The notes under the pieces: model-generated
Database searches by the model: none
What the model was told of the DNA's origin: nothing
Seen by the model: only the letters and a program-made list of their open reading frames with translations
Position numbers and translations under genes: made by a program
Shown here: positions 1 through 13,439 of the stretch, one piece after another
How positions within the stretch are numbered: position 1 is the first letter of the stretch
Layout of the letters: the number at the start of each line of letters is the position of its first letter
NCBI GenBank assembly: GCA_028534125.1
Contig: CM052816.1
Location: 99,884,001 to 99,948,000 of the forward strand
From: Lama glama
Taxonomy: Eukaryota
Direction of reading: 5' to 3'
DNA length: 64,000 nucleotides

Positions 1-1574
1 CAGAAGGTAGTGAGGGACAGTTTGGGGAAAGACGCTGCCTTTCCGCGGGGGTTTCTGTGTCCTGAGTGGGAGGTCAGGGAGAGTTGCGGGGCTGCTCAGA
101 GACGGAAGGCTCACCACCTGCTTTCCTGGTTTTTGAACAGTGAACGCACCAGCAAACTCCACAGACGTTGCTTCTGAGAAATTCCAGCTTGAAGAATAAT
201 TTCACATGAAACAAAGCAAGAGATTTCCACACTTTCTCTAAGGGACCTCCTAGTCTTACACTCAACTCCGTGCCCTGACGATCATACGACGTTTAGACCG
301 GCCGGAGCTTGGAAGACCAGGCTCAGCCTCATTTAAGAATTCAGTATTTTTGTATCAAAAGCCAGCTAACTTAGGATTTATTGAGCTTCCTTAATATCAA
401 GGTTTTTGTCTTTTACCTTCTTTGGAAAATGACCGCCAGTCATCATCTCTTTCTGTTTTTGCCAAATAGAAAGTACCTAGGAGATAGAAATCCAAGTGTA
501 TCAGATAGAAATCCTAAGAAATGCAAACCTCTTAAAGACACACAATCCAGATTAGATATAATGAATGTTATCAGTGTGCTTTTAAAATATGCATCATTTA
601 AGAAAACGTATAGAAAGTTTGAAAGTTAAAAGTTAAAAGAGTAACAGGCCAACCACTAACGCACGTAAATACGCAGATGCAACGATATTAGCAGAGAGCG
701 AAACAGGTGTTGAAGGGAACGGCAACACAACTGCACACCTCAGCTGCGAAGACTTCAAACGCTCAACTCCACAGGAAGAGATATAAATTCTACTCTTGTA
801 TGAACTTAGTTGCATGGCTCCAAATTAAAGCAAAACCATAAATAAAGTCAAACTGGAGTTTCTACCGTAAGAGAGATTATAATATGCTTTTCCCAGCCAT
901 TGAAAGATCAAACTAAAACTGCCCCCAAAACCTTCAATATGCATGCAATTTGAACAGCAAATTAAATATGAACAGCGTGACTCATAAGGTTTGACCAAAT
1001 AATGGGCTACATAACAAACATCGAACATTGGTAAAGACCAACACCACACAAAGGCTAGTCCAGAGGAGAAGACCGTGGCGTCCAGATACCAAGATGTAAC
1101 CACAGCAATAAGGAGTCTGTGGGATTGGCAGTGGATTTCAGTAGAGCTTTGTGACAGAAAAGAGGCCAGAAAAAGCCCTGCACACACACAGGGACGACCG
1201 CGGCAGACGTGCCTTTGCTCATCAGTAGATTAAAGAACTGTGCAGTAAGATGTTGCCAAAACGGCCATCTACACGGAGTAATTAATCACATACAAAAACC
1301 AGTTACAGACGATGTGGAGTAGAAATTGACATAGGCAGGGTATCTCTTACGACTTTAATGCAAGAAAAGGTTTTTTAACAAAGAGGAAAAAAATAACATT
1401 TTAGAAGAAAATATATATCAGTTAGGCTGCATTAAAATTAAAATTTCCAAAAAGCTCTATGTAGAAATTGAGGGAAAGGTGCAGAAAACTGACAGAAGAT
1501 ATTGACAATGCAGACAACAACAAAACCTCAGGGCTTGGATTTTGTAAGTCCAGATACTGAACGTAAACCTCTTT

Positions 1575-1672
1575 ACTTTTAACTTTTTTCTTTTTAATGG
1601 AGGTGCTGGGGATTGAACCTAGGACCTCGTGCCTGCTAAGAACACATTCTACCACTGAGCTATACTCACCCC
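1575..1672 (-). mobile_element. tRNA-derived SINE (Vic-1-like)
   Basis: Reverse complement reads TAGCTCAGTGGTAGA (A box)...GGTTCAATCCCC (B box) plus A tail; degenerate TSD actgaacgtaaacctctt / actgaatgtaagcttctt. Confidence 0.88.
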
Positions 1673-1758
1673 AACTGAATGTAAGCTTCTTCTAGTACAT
1701 AAGGAAATAACTTAGAAAAATAAGTGAAATTATGAAAAGGCAGCTCACAGCAGAACAA

Positions 1759-1777
1759 ACACACACACACACACACA
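1759..1777. repeat. (CA)n microsatellite
   Basis: acacacacacacacacaca. Confidence 0.8.
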
Positions 1778-3869
1778 AAAACGAACACATGAAAAGATAC
1801 TCAGCACCAGTGTGTTTACAAATTCAAACCTCAAAGAGAGCAATGTGCATCAGTATCAGATTGGAGTAGCCGATACATCCGAGACCAGTTATTGGCGATG
1901 ACAGTGCAGCGACGGGAGCCCTCGCGCAGAGACGGCTGGTCCGGCCTCCTTCTGTAAAGCTAGTTAGTACCCACCCACCCGGTAAGTGCACTCCTAGTCA
2001 CGTGCACCCTGAGAAACTCCCACACCTGCTTCAGGAGACACGTGCAAGAAAGTTTCTAGAAGAATGTTTGTTGTAACAAAAATTAAAACAAGCTGAACGT
2101 CAAAGGACCAGAGGATGGCTACGCTGCAGAATTTTCATGAGAAGAAACAGCGCACAGAGTGAAATGACCGAACTACGCACAGCCCCACGTAGATGAGCAC
2201 CTGAAGCACAACGCTGAATGAAAAAGGCAGGCCACAGAGACTGAATAGAATGGAACTTCATCTGCATGGAGTGAAAACATGCAAAAGTAAACAGTCTGCG
2301 GTGAAGGTTAGATCCACGTGCGACAGGACTGCGTGGAGGGAGCGCCAGGGAACTACAGCCACGGAATTCGAGATGGAAGCCGGGATGCGGGCAGGATCGG
2401 AGAAGGAAAACAGGAGCCATCAAAGGTGCCGGCGCTCCTGGTTCTTAAACTGCGATATGCGCTCAGAGGTGTTTGTTTTACTCCCCCTCCTTTGCATTAT
2501 ATTGATCCTTTTGACTACCTGTTACATTTCAGTAAATAAATTAACAACAACACAAAAAGGCATCCTCTAGCATGGGTGTGGAGCTCAGTACTGCAGGGGG
2601 AAGAGAGAAAAAGAAGTAAAAATATTACAACATATGGTTGTCTCTTTAAGATGTTGCAATCAAGTCAGAAATGCAAAATGAATTCAGCTGAAAGAATTTA
2701 AAAATGAATGTTCAGTAGTAGCCCAGGTTAAAGAGAGGGCCCTCCGGACTGGAGAAAGGCAGACATGGCATGAAGGACTAGACGCACAGAGGATGCAGAC
2801 ATGAGGCCTTGGCCTTGGACGCCTCCCACCCGTGGTGCAGGGCTGTTCATGAGGGAAAGGCTCCTGAGCTCCGGGTGCCTGAAGTCCCCAAGGGAGAGGT
2901 GGGGTTCTCCCAGCACAGGCCGATGCTGGCTCACGGGGGGTAGGTCTTTCCATGGTGCTCAGCTCCCATCCTCGACTCAGCTTGGCTGAACTGTGTGCCC
3001 TGGACCAATTCCCAGCTGGGAGGAAGGGGGAAGCAGGCATTGGATGGAGGACAGCTAGGCTGGAGAAGAGGAGGAGCCATTTGTCCAGCCTTTCTGAAAA
3101 TCCGCAGGCCTCATGACGTTCTGTTAGCAAAGATTTCCCCAAGCACCCTGAGTGGAGGTGATGGTCAGGTTTTCAAAAGGCTCAAGGTTGCACAGGGCTG
3201 ACTATTTATAGGGTGGCTATAACCGGTTTCAGCAAAGCCAAATGAGAGTCTTGGTCTAATCTTTCTGCTCTGTATTTCTTCCTGTGACCTGAGGTCTACT
3301 GGTGGAAATCTATTAAAAGGCTTCCTGATAATGAAAAAAAAAAGTTGACATTTCACTTGGTCAAAATTGAAACCCCAAGGGACAACCTCAATTTCTGATG
3401 AGCTGGGACCGACAAGGCCATCGCAGCCGAGCTGCCCAGACTTCAGCCTCAGAGCACAGGAGGCCGGACCAGCCTGCCTGAGCGTCTCACGGGGGGGCCC
3501 GGACCCAGCAGGCAGCCCCCAGCCAGCACGCACGGCGGGGCTGCGGGTTTAGGCCTGGAGCATGCTCCTCGCATCTCGACGCTGGAGCCTCTCGTTCATT
3601 CCACGTCCACGTCAGGAGCAGACCTCACACGTGGGCTGGAGTGAAGGGGGTGCCAGAAGCACCCACCTTCTCAGTGCTGAACGGGCTTCAAACTCTGCCT
3701 TGTTCTTGGGAGATTTTCACTGCCTGATCCTCTTTGTGCATCTCATGTAAGTTACACAAAATACACGAGGAGATTCATGCAATGAAAAGTCTGAGCTCAC
3801 GGGGCCTGAAGGTTGACGTCCATGAACAACAGAGCTTGGTAAAAGCAATGACTTACACTGAAGCTATAT

Positions 3870-3934
3870 TTTTTACATTTTACTATATATATATATGTGC
3901 GTGTGTGTGGGGGAGGTGTATGTATGTGTTTTTA

Positions 3935-3972
<38 letters not shown>

Positions 3973-4000
3973 GGTGGAGGGACTGGGAATTGAATCCAGG
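3870..4000 (-). mobile_element. 5'-truncated Vic-1-like SINE with tail expanded into (TA)n/(TG)n/poly-T
   Basis: ggtggagggactgggaattgaatccagg preceded by poly-T, (TA)n and a gggggaggt tail motif. Confidence 0.7.
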
Positions 4001-4589
4001 AGGGTTCACTTGGCACAGAGACGTCCTCATGATCAGCACGAGGCTCGCTCTGGGCGTTGGGTGAGCCTGACACAGGACACTGGCCCTAGGTCCTGCATGT
4101 GCGGGGGGCTGTGAGTTCATACAGGCAGATAACTGAATTTAAGTTGGATTTAAAACATAAAGGAATCTGTCAAATGCAATCATAAGTATTTTAAATAGTT
4201 CTTTTGAGAGAATCTTCCAATTGAATGGAGGCCACCAGTTTCAGGACTCTGAGGCTTGAATCCTGGCTGCTAGGAAAATCAGCACCCTGGCTCCAGTGCT
4301 GGCTCCACCAATACGTTGAGTTCAGGATGTGTCCCGGCTTCTCTGCAGAGCCCCACCAGCCTCTGAGCACCCATGGGAACCGGTACAGTTGAGAGGGAGA
4401 GAAAGAGAGAGTCCTAGAAAGAGACGGAGGCAGAGACAGAGACTGGCCCGTGAAGACAAAAAAGCCCTAGCTCAAAGACCACCGGGGGCTGCAACGCCCA
4501 CCGCCGCGGGCGTGGGCCGGGCCCCAGCTCCCAGGTGAGCGCTTCGCGCATCAGCCCACTGGCTCCTCACCACGGCCTGCCTGGCAACC

Positions 4590-4690
4590 CCGACTCCACC
4601 TCACAGGTGAGGAAGCCAACACCGGAGAGCCGAGGGCATGTGCCCCACGTCACCCGGGCAGCGCGTGGTGCGCTGCGATCGAAATCCTGT
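4590..4690 (-). mobile_element. MIR relic
   Basis: ctccacctcacaggtgaggaagcc resembles the MIR core. Confidence 0.4.
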
Positions 4691-5659
4691 CCGAGGGCTC
4701 CGGGAGTGACCCGCGCCGGTCGCCATGATTAGACGTGAGTTCCCTGTAACATAATCTAAATGCGAAGGTCTCACTATCTCACAGAAGAATGACTCTGACT
4801 AGTCAAAACAAGAATCACAGTAGGCACCATTGTTCCGAACGTTACAAGTCATCTTGAATCAATTCCCCACAACGTAAAATTAAAACGTGTCATTTATCAA
4901 CCGAAGTGAGACTAAAACAACTCTCGTCCTGCCAAAATTAACTCAGGGAAAAACTCACTATTATAGAGACTCTAAGACCGTTTCTAAGCTTCTCGAGGCC
5001 GCCCGAACAGGAAAGGAAAATAAAATTAGAAGGGAAAGCTAAGAAGAGCTCCCTGGAAGCATTAAAATGCAAAATAATTCCTTGCCCTCTGCCCCTTCCA
5101 AACTGGATGACTGTTGACTCTTCCTTTATGTCAACAGACTTGGGGTCCAATTAAAAAGCCATCAGCCCGCCACCCGGGGAGCAGCCAAGCTCTCCCGGCC
5201 TGGGGCAGGGCCCTGCGCCCCTCTGGGGGCCTGGGCACCGCAGGGAAAAGATGTGGTCATTCCAAACCAACTTTTTACCTGGTGGAGGTACTGACTTCCC
5301 CCTGGCCACTGATGCTCACAGCACTCAGCGTTGGCTTTAGAAGTGTCCTTTCCACCCTTGGGCAGCAGGGTGAAAATAAATACCTTTAGCTGGCAACACA
5401 GGGATCTTGGGGTCCTGGGGACAGCGGTCCACCAAGCGAGGGAGTGTGAACTTCCACGGAGCCCCACAAGTGCTCCCTGGACAGGTCCTCACAGCATGAA
5501 CGTCTCAGTAACTAAGCTGTCCACGAGTGGATGAAACTCTCCACTCCGTTAGACTCCTTCCAAACATTTTTTGTACCCTAATACAACAAAGGGGACTTTC
5601 CAGATATTTATCCTGAGCCTGGCAACTTTATAAAACTTTCTGTAAGTGTTCCTGCCCTT

Positions 5660-5790
5660 CCTCACAACACCTACAACAGGCTCTCATCTACTGTCCCATT
5701 TTACATATGAGGAAACTGAGGGTCCTGGGACTTCCCTCCACCAGCTGGATGGTAAGGACAGGACATTCAGCCAGAGTCTGGCTGCTTCCT
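5660..5790 (-). mobile_element. MIR
   Basis: cccattttacatatgaggaaactgagg core. Confidence 0.7.
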
Positions 5791-5842
5791 CATTTCCAAA
5801 ACTGTTCATATGCTGGTAAAAGCTGAATTGATTTAAATATAT

Positions 5843-5985
5843 ATGTATTTATTATTTATTTATTTGCAGGGAGAGGTAATTAGGTTTATTTATTTATTTA
5901 GCCCTTTGGTGGAGGTACTGGGGATTGAACCCAGAACCTCGTGCATGCTAAGCATGCACTCTACCACTTGAGCTAGACCCTCCCC
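5843..5985 (-). mobile_element. Vic-1-like SINE with bipartite tail
   Basis: ggaggtactggggattgaacccag...ctaccacttgagcta; tail ggagaggtaattaggtttattt; TSD-like tttaaatata on both sides. Confidence 0.88.
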
Positions 5986-6974
5986 GCTGGTTTAAATATA
6001 TTTTTAAGTTTTCTAAATACAAATTGCTTGATTGGCATGCTAAACTCAGCTGGTTTTTATTTCACATTATCTCCTTGAAGAGACCAGACCCACAAAGAAC
6101 CGAAGTGATGGGGTTGCGCTCATATCTGGAAGCACTTGAAAGTATGAGATGTTTTGCGTCACTAGGCCTCCCTCTGATGGATTAAGTGATCAGGAGACAG
6201 AGCAGCGACTGCTCTGGAGGGGATCCAGGAGCTGCTCCAGACGGAATCCCATCTGAAACTGAGAAGAGGATGCTCTGTGTCTGTCAGAGCCCCTTGCCTC
6301 CCCATGTCTCAGATAAATGGGGCTGGGACCCCATAGTTGACATGCACTGGTCATTCTGCCGCTAACGTTGAAAAAGTTGTGTCTAAATGTCTCTCTAATA
6401 AAAATAAAAGAGAAGAACCCCCACAGTACCGCCCTAGAGGAGTCAGATAAAAACCTTATCTGTGAATTAATTAGTTCTCCTCATATTCCTAAAATACCAT
6501 TTTTCACAAAGAAGAGCACAGAGTAAAGAATTTCAGATTTAAAGCAATCAACTAACTCAATGAAAAAATACAAATTTGTTTTCAATGTTCAGCAGTTTGG
6601 GAGTAATTTCCATTTGTGCCCCTAATGACTTGTAGATCTAGATCACAGAAACAGAGGAAAATGTATCCAACAGAGGTGAGTAGTCAGGGACTGATAGAGC
6701 GAAAAAACTTACTGTGAATAATCTTCCATGCAATTCCATCCCACGAGAAAACATGAATTCAGTGGGTATCTTGAATATTTGTCCCATTGAAAATATTTGT
6801 GCCATCAATAAAATTGGTCGTTTGATTGCAGGGGTCCTGTTTCCTGGAGTCATTTTTGAGAATGAGCCAACTAAGAACTTCATGGTTCACAGATATTTGA
6901 ACAGATAGATTGACTGGTTGAATGAATGAAAAGATCGTGAATGGAAAATAGAAACAGAGAAGGAAAGACAAGTT

Positions 6975-9365
6975 GAAGAATAAAAAATATATGATTATTT
7001 CAATAGATGCAGAAAAACTTTTGACAAAATTCAACATCCATTTATGATAAAACTCTCCAGAAAGTGGGCATAGAGAGAATATACCTCAACATAATAAAGG
7101 TCATATATGACAAGCCCATGGCTAACATCATAATTAATGGTGAAAAGCTGAAAGCATTTCCTCTAAGATCAGGGTAAGACAAAGATGTCCCTTCTTACCA
7201 CTTTTATTCAACATTTTATAAGTTCTAGTCACAGCAAAAAGAAAGGGAAAAGATAACCAAATTGGAAAAGAAGAAGTAAAACTGTCACTGTTTGCTGATG
7301 ACATGATGCTATACATAAAAAATCCTAAGGACACAGTCAAGAACCTCCTAGAGCTCATCAGTGAGTTTGGTAAAGTTGCAGTATAAAAAATTAACACACA
7401 GAAATCTATTGCATTTCTATACACTAACAATGAACTATCAGAATGAGAAATAAAGGAAACAATCCCATTTACCATTGCATCAAAAATAATAAAATACCTA
7501 GGAATAAACCTACTTAAGGAGTTTAAAGACCTGTATGTGGAAAACTATAAGACACTGATGAAAAAAACTCAAGATCATATAAACAAATGGAAAGATACAC
7601 AATTTTCATGGATTGGAAATTGCTTAAATAACCATACTATCCAAGGCCACCTACAAATTCAGTGCAGTCCCTATCAAAATACTAATGGCATTTTTCACAG
7701 AACTAGATTAAATAATTTTAAAATGTGTATGGAAGCACAAAAGACCACAAATAGCCAAAAATCCTGAGAAGAAAAAACAGATCTGGAAGTACCATGATCC
7801 CTGACTTCAGACTACACTACAAAGCTACAGTAATCAAAACAGTATGTACTTCAATTTTTTTTTTAATTAGTAATTTTTTAAATAAAATTTTCCTTTTGCT
7901 CATGAAAAGAAGTATGATACTGGCAAGAAAACAGACACGTAGATCAATGGAACAGAATGAAGAGCTCAGGAAAAGTCTATGCACTTATGGTCAATTACTC
8001 TGCAACATAGAGGCCAGAATATACAATGGAGAAGACAGTCTCTTTAGTAAGTGATGCTGGGAAAACTGGACAGCTACCTGCAAAAAGATTAAAATTAGAA
8101 CATTCTCTAACACCATATGCAAAAACAAATTCAAAATAGATTAAAGACCTAAATGTAAGACTGAAGACCATAAAACTCCTAGAAGAAAACACAGGCACAA
8201 CACTCTTTAACAAAACTCACGGCAACATTTTTTTTGTATCTGTTTTCTAAGGCAAAAAAAAAAAAAAGAAAAGCAAAAATAAACAAATGGGACCTAATTA
8301 AACTTAAAAGCTTTAGCACAACCAAGGAAACCATCGACAAAACAAAAAGGAAAGCTATTGAATGGAGAGAAATACTTGCAGCCGATATGACTGATACGGG
8401 GTTAATATCTAAAATTTATGAAAAGCTCGTACAACTTAACATCAAAAAAAAAATTCCTGAACAACCCAATTAAAAATTTGGCAGAAGACCTGTATAGACA
8501 TTTTTCCAGAGAAGACATATAGATGCCAACAGGCACATGAAGAGATGCTCAACATCACTAATCATCAGAGAAATGCAAATCAAAACTACAGTGAGATATC
8601 ACTTCACACGTGCCAAAATGGCCATCATCAAAAAGAACACAAATAACCAATGTTGGTGAGGATGTGGAGAAAAGGGAATTTTTGTACACTTTTGGTGGGA
8701 ATGTGAATTGGTGCAGCCACTGTGGGAAAAAGTATGTAGGTTTCACAAAAGACTAAAAATAGAACCTATGATCCATCAGTTCCACTCCTGTGTATATAAT
8801 CCAAAGAAAATGAGAACACTAGTTTGAAAAGATACACGCATTCCAATGTTTGTAGAAGCATCATAGAAGCCAAGATACGGGAGAATCTAAGTGTCCGTCA
8901 ACAGATGGATGGATAAAGAAGATGTGATAGATATATAGATATGTATACAATGAAATACACAATATTTATGTTTAAAAACTAGTAAAATGTTGCCATTTGC
9001 AACAACATGAACGGACCTGGAGTGCACATGCTTATTGAAATAGGTCAGACAGGGGAAGGCAAACACTCCACGTTATCATTTATAAGTGAAATCTAAAAAA
9101 AAAAAAGAATAAATATAACAAAACAGAAACACGCTCATATAGAGAACACATTAGTTGTTACCAGAGAGAAAGGGAGGGACCAGTTAGCGGTATGAGAGTA
9201 AGAGATGAAATCAGCAATCATCAAGGATAAATGGAACAGCAACGGGAAAGCTAGCCATTGCTCTGCAATGACTTCAGATGGAGTACGATCTATAAAACTA
9301 GCGAATCACTATGTTGTACACTTGAAACTAATATAATATTGTGAATCAACTAGACCTCAATTTAA
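6975..9365 (+). mobile_element. 5'-truncated L1: disrupted ORF2 (RT to C-terminus) and 3' UTR
   Basis: atgattatttcaatagatgcagaaaaa, tttgctgatgacatgat (FADDM), KINKWDLIKLKSF; many stops and frameshifts. Confidence 0.95.
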
Positions 9366-10070
9366 TGAAAGAAATTTGGTTCTGATTTTGTTTATCATAG
9401 TATATTATGAAATAATGCAAGCATGTGTTATATGATACATTCATTCATTCACTGGACAAACATTTTTGAGTGCCCAGAATGGGTGAATGGCTGTTCGAGC
9501 ACTGGGCGGTGGTGCGTAGAGGGCATGGATGGACTGGATGGCAAAATGACTGCCCTGTGGACTTCACCCCCAAGCGTGATGCTTCAGCCAGAATGTGGCT
9601 CTCGTAACCCTGTAAGGAACTCGGCTCTTCACTCGAAGGCCTGCCTGCACGTACGCCCTTGCACACCTGTTGAATTTTCTTCTCAAGTTAAATTTGTAGA
9701 AGGATGCCTTTGGACCTGCTGGACTCCAGGCCCATTTGGAAGGACAGGAAGGAGGCGTGTGTGGTCCACGGGTCAGGACTTTAGGTCTATAGCTCATAGA
9801 TTTTGTCTGACCCCCAGAAGTGTCCTGCCCACCCATTCAGCTCCTGTGGTCAGCACCCAGGTGACAGGTGTCACTCCTCTGCTGGAGGAAGAGCCCTCCC
9901 CACGGGGGCTGTTCACGCTTGTACCCCTGTCAGTGTCACGCAGGCATCACTGCTTCCAGTCTTCTCCCCACTCGGAATGAATCCATAACTCTGCCAAGAC
10001 AGCTCCCGGCCAGATCTGTCTGGACCCCTCCCAAGCCCTTCGGTCTTACCCCCACAGTCCTGGGCCTGGT

Positions 10071-10450
10071 TGTGGGCTGGATTGTGGCCCCTGCGGAATT
10101 CATATGCTGAAGTCCGAACCCCCAGCAGCGGGACTGTACTTGGAGATGAGGCCTCTGAGGATGTAATTAAGGTTAAATGAGGTCATAAGGGCAGGGTCTC
10201 AGCACGACCAGCGTCTTTACAAGAGGAGACACCAGAGCACTCTCCCTCTCTGTCTGTCTGTCTATCTCTCTCACTCCAAGCACATGCACGGAGGAGAGGT
10301 AGTTGAGCGCACAGAGAGAACACAGGCCAGGAGGAGAGCTCCCACCAGAACCCCAATAGGCTGGAACCTTGACCTTGGATGTCCAGCCTCCAGAAGTGTG
10401 AGAAATAAATTCCTATTGTTTCAGCCACCCCACGGCAGCCCGTGCTAATG
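10071..10450 (+). mobile_element. MLT1-type ERVL-MaLR solo LTR
   Basis: tgtgggctggattgtggccc...taaggttaaatgaggtcataagg...ccagcctccagaagtgtgagaaataaattcctattgtttcagccac. Confidence 0.85.
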
Positions 10451-11573
10451 TGAGTGGACTTGGAAGAGCTATGTGGACACAAGACTGAGAAATGGCCAAG
10501 GCTGAGGACAACCCTGCGATGGGCACTTGGGGAAGATGTAAGGGGCCGCTGCTCCCAGGCTGTCTGGGGCCCCGCAGCCCAGCCGGCCACTCGGACAGGC
10601 CCATAGGCAGATTCTGGGAGACGGTCGGTCACTGGCCTGGTGGGCGAATCTAGTGTGGAGCAGACAGTAATCTAGGATTAGGTAGTGATACATCGTCTCT
10701 GAGTCGGGAGGAGAGGCTCTGAGAGGCTGCAGACATCACAGGGAGAAGGACTCGGCAGGTTCCCATCTCCTCTGTCTTGGCTGCAGCCACTGCTGTGGCT
10801 CTGAGGCTGCGAGGAAGTCAAGAAGGGATGTATCCAGGGCAGGGGAGGGAAGAGGGGCCAGGACAGTGGAAAGGAGGTGTTTCCCCACCAGAGAAGAAAC
10901 GGCCCTGGAGGCAGGTGCTGCAGAGAGAAAGACAGATGCGAGCGGTCTCCCTCCAAACTGCGCCGGGACACTGAGCTGCTTCCACGTGGAGCACGGCGTC
11001 CCCTTCTCTCCCAGTCAGGTGGAGCCGGTGGTCACTGAAAACCCAAGAAAAGCATCCGAGTCTCAGAGAAACTCACAGGTTCCACACAACGGCCGCCTGC
11101 CTCTGACAGCCTGACAGCCATGATCTTGGGCTCCTGAAACATAAATATATTTATTGACTTCCCAATTCAGAGGAGAGCGAGCTCAGATCCACCAGTGAGC
11201 TGGTCTCCGCTGCCCGGCACTCAGCTCTCACACCTCCTGGCTGGAGGGCCTCCGGGGGCCACTGCGCGGAGGGTGGACGGAGGCTGGGCCTGCAGCCCCG
11301 GGGCAGCGGCTGCTCCGAAGGGACCGCCCAGCGCTCGGCAGCCTGCTGGGCCCCTGAGTGGGGCATCTGATGTGTGGTGGTGAGTCTGTTCTGCCGCTTG
11401 GGAACCTAACATCGAAGCACAGTGAGGAAAGGGGTCCCCAGGGCGTGGTCCCCCTCAAGGAGATGGATGTGCTTATCAGCTCTGTAACTCCTTGCCTGCC
11501 TCCCCTGCACACGGGAGGTGCTGAGTGCATTTTGTGGTTTAGAGACAAAGGCATCACATTCATGAGTTAGCTG

Positions 11574-11712
11574 TTTTTGTTTGTTTGTTTTTGTGGGGGT
11601 GGGCAAAAAGGTTTACTTGTTTGATTTATTCTTAGAGTAAGTGCTGGGGACTGAACCCAGGACCTCACACACACTAAGCCTGCCCTCTACCACTTGAGAT
11701 ATACCCTCCCCC
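11574..11712 (-). mobile_element. Vic-1-like SINE, first of a tandem pair
   Basis: gtgctggggactgaacccaggacc...ctaccacttgagatataccctcccc with T-rich tail. Confidence 0.85.
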
Positions 11713-11810
11713 TAAATTTTAATTCTTTCCCTTTAACAGAGGCACTGGGCACTGAACCCAGGACCTCGTGCACACCAAACATGTGCCCTACCAGTGAGCT
11801 CTGCCCTCAT
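11713..11810 (-). mobile_element. Vic-1-like SINE, second and more diverged copy
   Basis: gaggcactgggcactgaacccaggacctcgtgc...ctaccagtgagct. Confidence 0.8.
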
Positions 11811-11919
11811 CACACTCAAGAGTTAGAACCTCAGTGTGGGGCCGGGGGTCTCAGGGAGGACGTGGAGCACCTGCAGAAGGAGACGCAGGGCAGCTCTGGG
11901 CTCGGGTCCCGCAGGGTCG

Positions 11920-12330
11920 CACACTAGCTGCCTGAGCCGGACGACATCCCTCAGCGTCTCTGAGCCTCTGCCTTCTCATCCAAAAATGGAAGTTATTATA
12001 ATCATCTCCTCCCAGCTTGCCTTGCGGCGTCCTCTGTAGCGGGCGTGTAGTTAACCAACGCCCCATCGCCATCAGCCCCGCTGCCTCTGGCTTCTAGGCC
12101 GAGCATGTGGCGTTTAGAATGAAGCCTTTTTGCATCAGACAGCTCTAATTTTAGGTCTCGTCTGTTGAGTAACGGTGGGTCCTGGGTCTGCGTTGGTCTA
12201 TTTCAGCCTTTATTTCCCGTCTCTAAACCCTTGGTAATAACACCCAAGTTCTTTTACTGTTGTGGGAATGAAGTGAGATGCTCTATGGAAAGAGCTTAGC
12301 CCAGGCCAAGGCCATCGTTAGCCTTCCGCA
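11920..12330 (+). mobile_element. Two MIR relics
   Basis: tctctgagcctctgccttctcatccaaaaatgg; gttgtgggaatgaagtgagatgctctatggaaagagcttagc. Confidence 0.55.
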
Positions 12331-13439
12331 CACAGTAACTCCTGGCATCCTCCCTCAGACGGAGCTCTCGTGGAAGGTGGCTGAGCAACCTGCAGAGTCT
12401 CTGCTCAGAACGAGCTGGGAATGTAGAGTAAGCCACCAGATCCTAGCACCACAGGAATCCCCAACACTGAGAAATTCTGGTTAGGAAAGCACTACACACA
12501 GGGCTGCACCATCAGCCTCAGAAAGAGCAGCTCGTCACGGCCGACGGGGTGTGCGCCCTCGGCTCCCTGCGGCGCCGTCAGCGGTGTTCCGTTGGGCTTA
12601 TTTCTTCGTCCTGAAGTCACAGGTTCAAAAGACAAGATAACGCTAAGACAAGATTTACCCGTAAATGCTTTCCCAAGATCGTTACAAGCTGTTTAAAGGT
12701 TCCTAATGACTTTCCTAATAATTCTAACCTCAAATTAATTATACAGTCATCGACGTACTAGGAAGCGCATTTCACCTTAAATGGGCGTGAGACAAACAAG
12801 GAAACAGCAGAGAAAGAAGACGCATGTGAGCCTTGAGTCCATTCTGGGAGAATTTTCTTTCACGGTGACCAGGACGAAAGTCTAACTCTTGCTCCATCTG
12901 GGGTGAACCACACGCAACGGAATTAATCTGAACAAATGCTAATTTTTTTCTATTGAAACTGTGCTTCCAGAAGATATTTTGTTACTGAAAACATGTTAGC
13001 AGCAGATCAACGGGACCAAGAAAGGAATACCCAGCTTTCATCCCGTCCTGACTGGCAGCCCCCCGAAGCTCTAAATAATTTAACAAAGAGGAAACTTCTA
13101 ACAGCTCAGGAGTGACATGTGCAGACGCCACCTTCAAGCAGGTGAGGTTCCGCACGCAGTGCGAGGACGCCCTGTCCTCAGTCACACGGCTTCCCTCTGC
13201 CGCTCCAGAACCTCCTTCCTGTCTGAAGACAACAGTCCTGGTTTTATGGTCTCTCCCGCTAAGAGATTGTTTTATAATTTACAACAGTGAGGTTGAGAGG
13301 AGACCTGGCAGAAGGGGAGCAAGAGGCCCGGGGTACCCCGTCGTCACTCACCTGGGGAAGGGGGGCTGTGCAGGCAGGGGGACCCCGTCAGCTCCGGCCT
13401 CTGTCGGGTGCACTGGCCACTGTCCTCTTGCCCAGACAC

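Larger units (their letters stand above)
950..2545 (+). mobile_element. Ancient degraded L1 (L1M-type) ORF2 end and 3' UTR, interrupted by a SINE
   Basis: Residual L1 motifs: gaggccagaaaaagccctgcacac, aacacatgaaaagatactcagcac, cactcctag...ccctgagaaactc, aacgctgaatgaaaaaggcag. Confidence 0.6.

Noticed and set aside
1596..1672. tRNA gene call for the A-box/B-box sequences
   Set aside because: A-rich tails, TSDs, multiple diverged copies and no intact acceptor stem indicate SINEs
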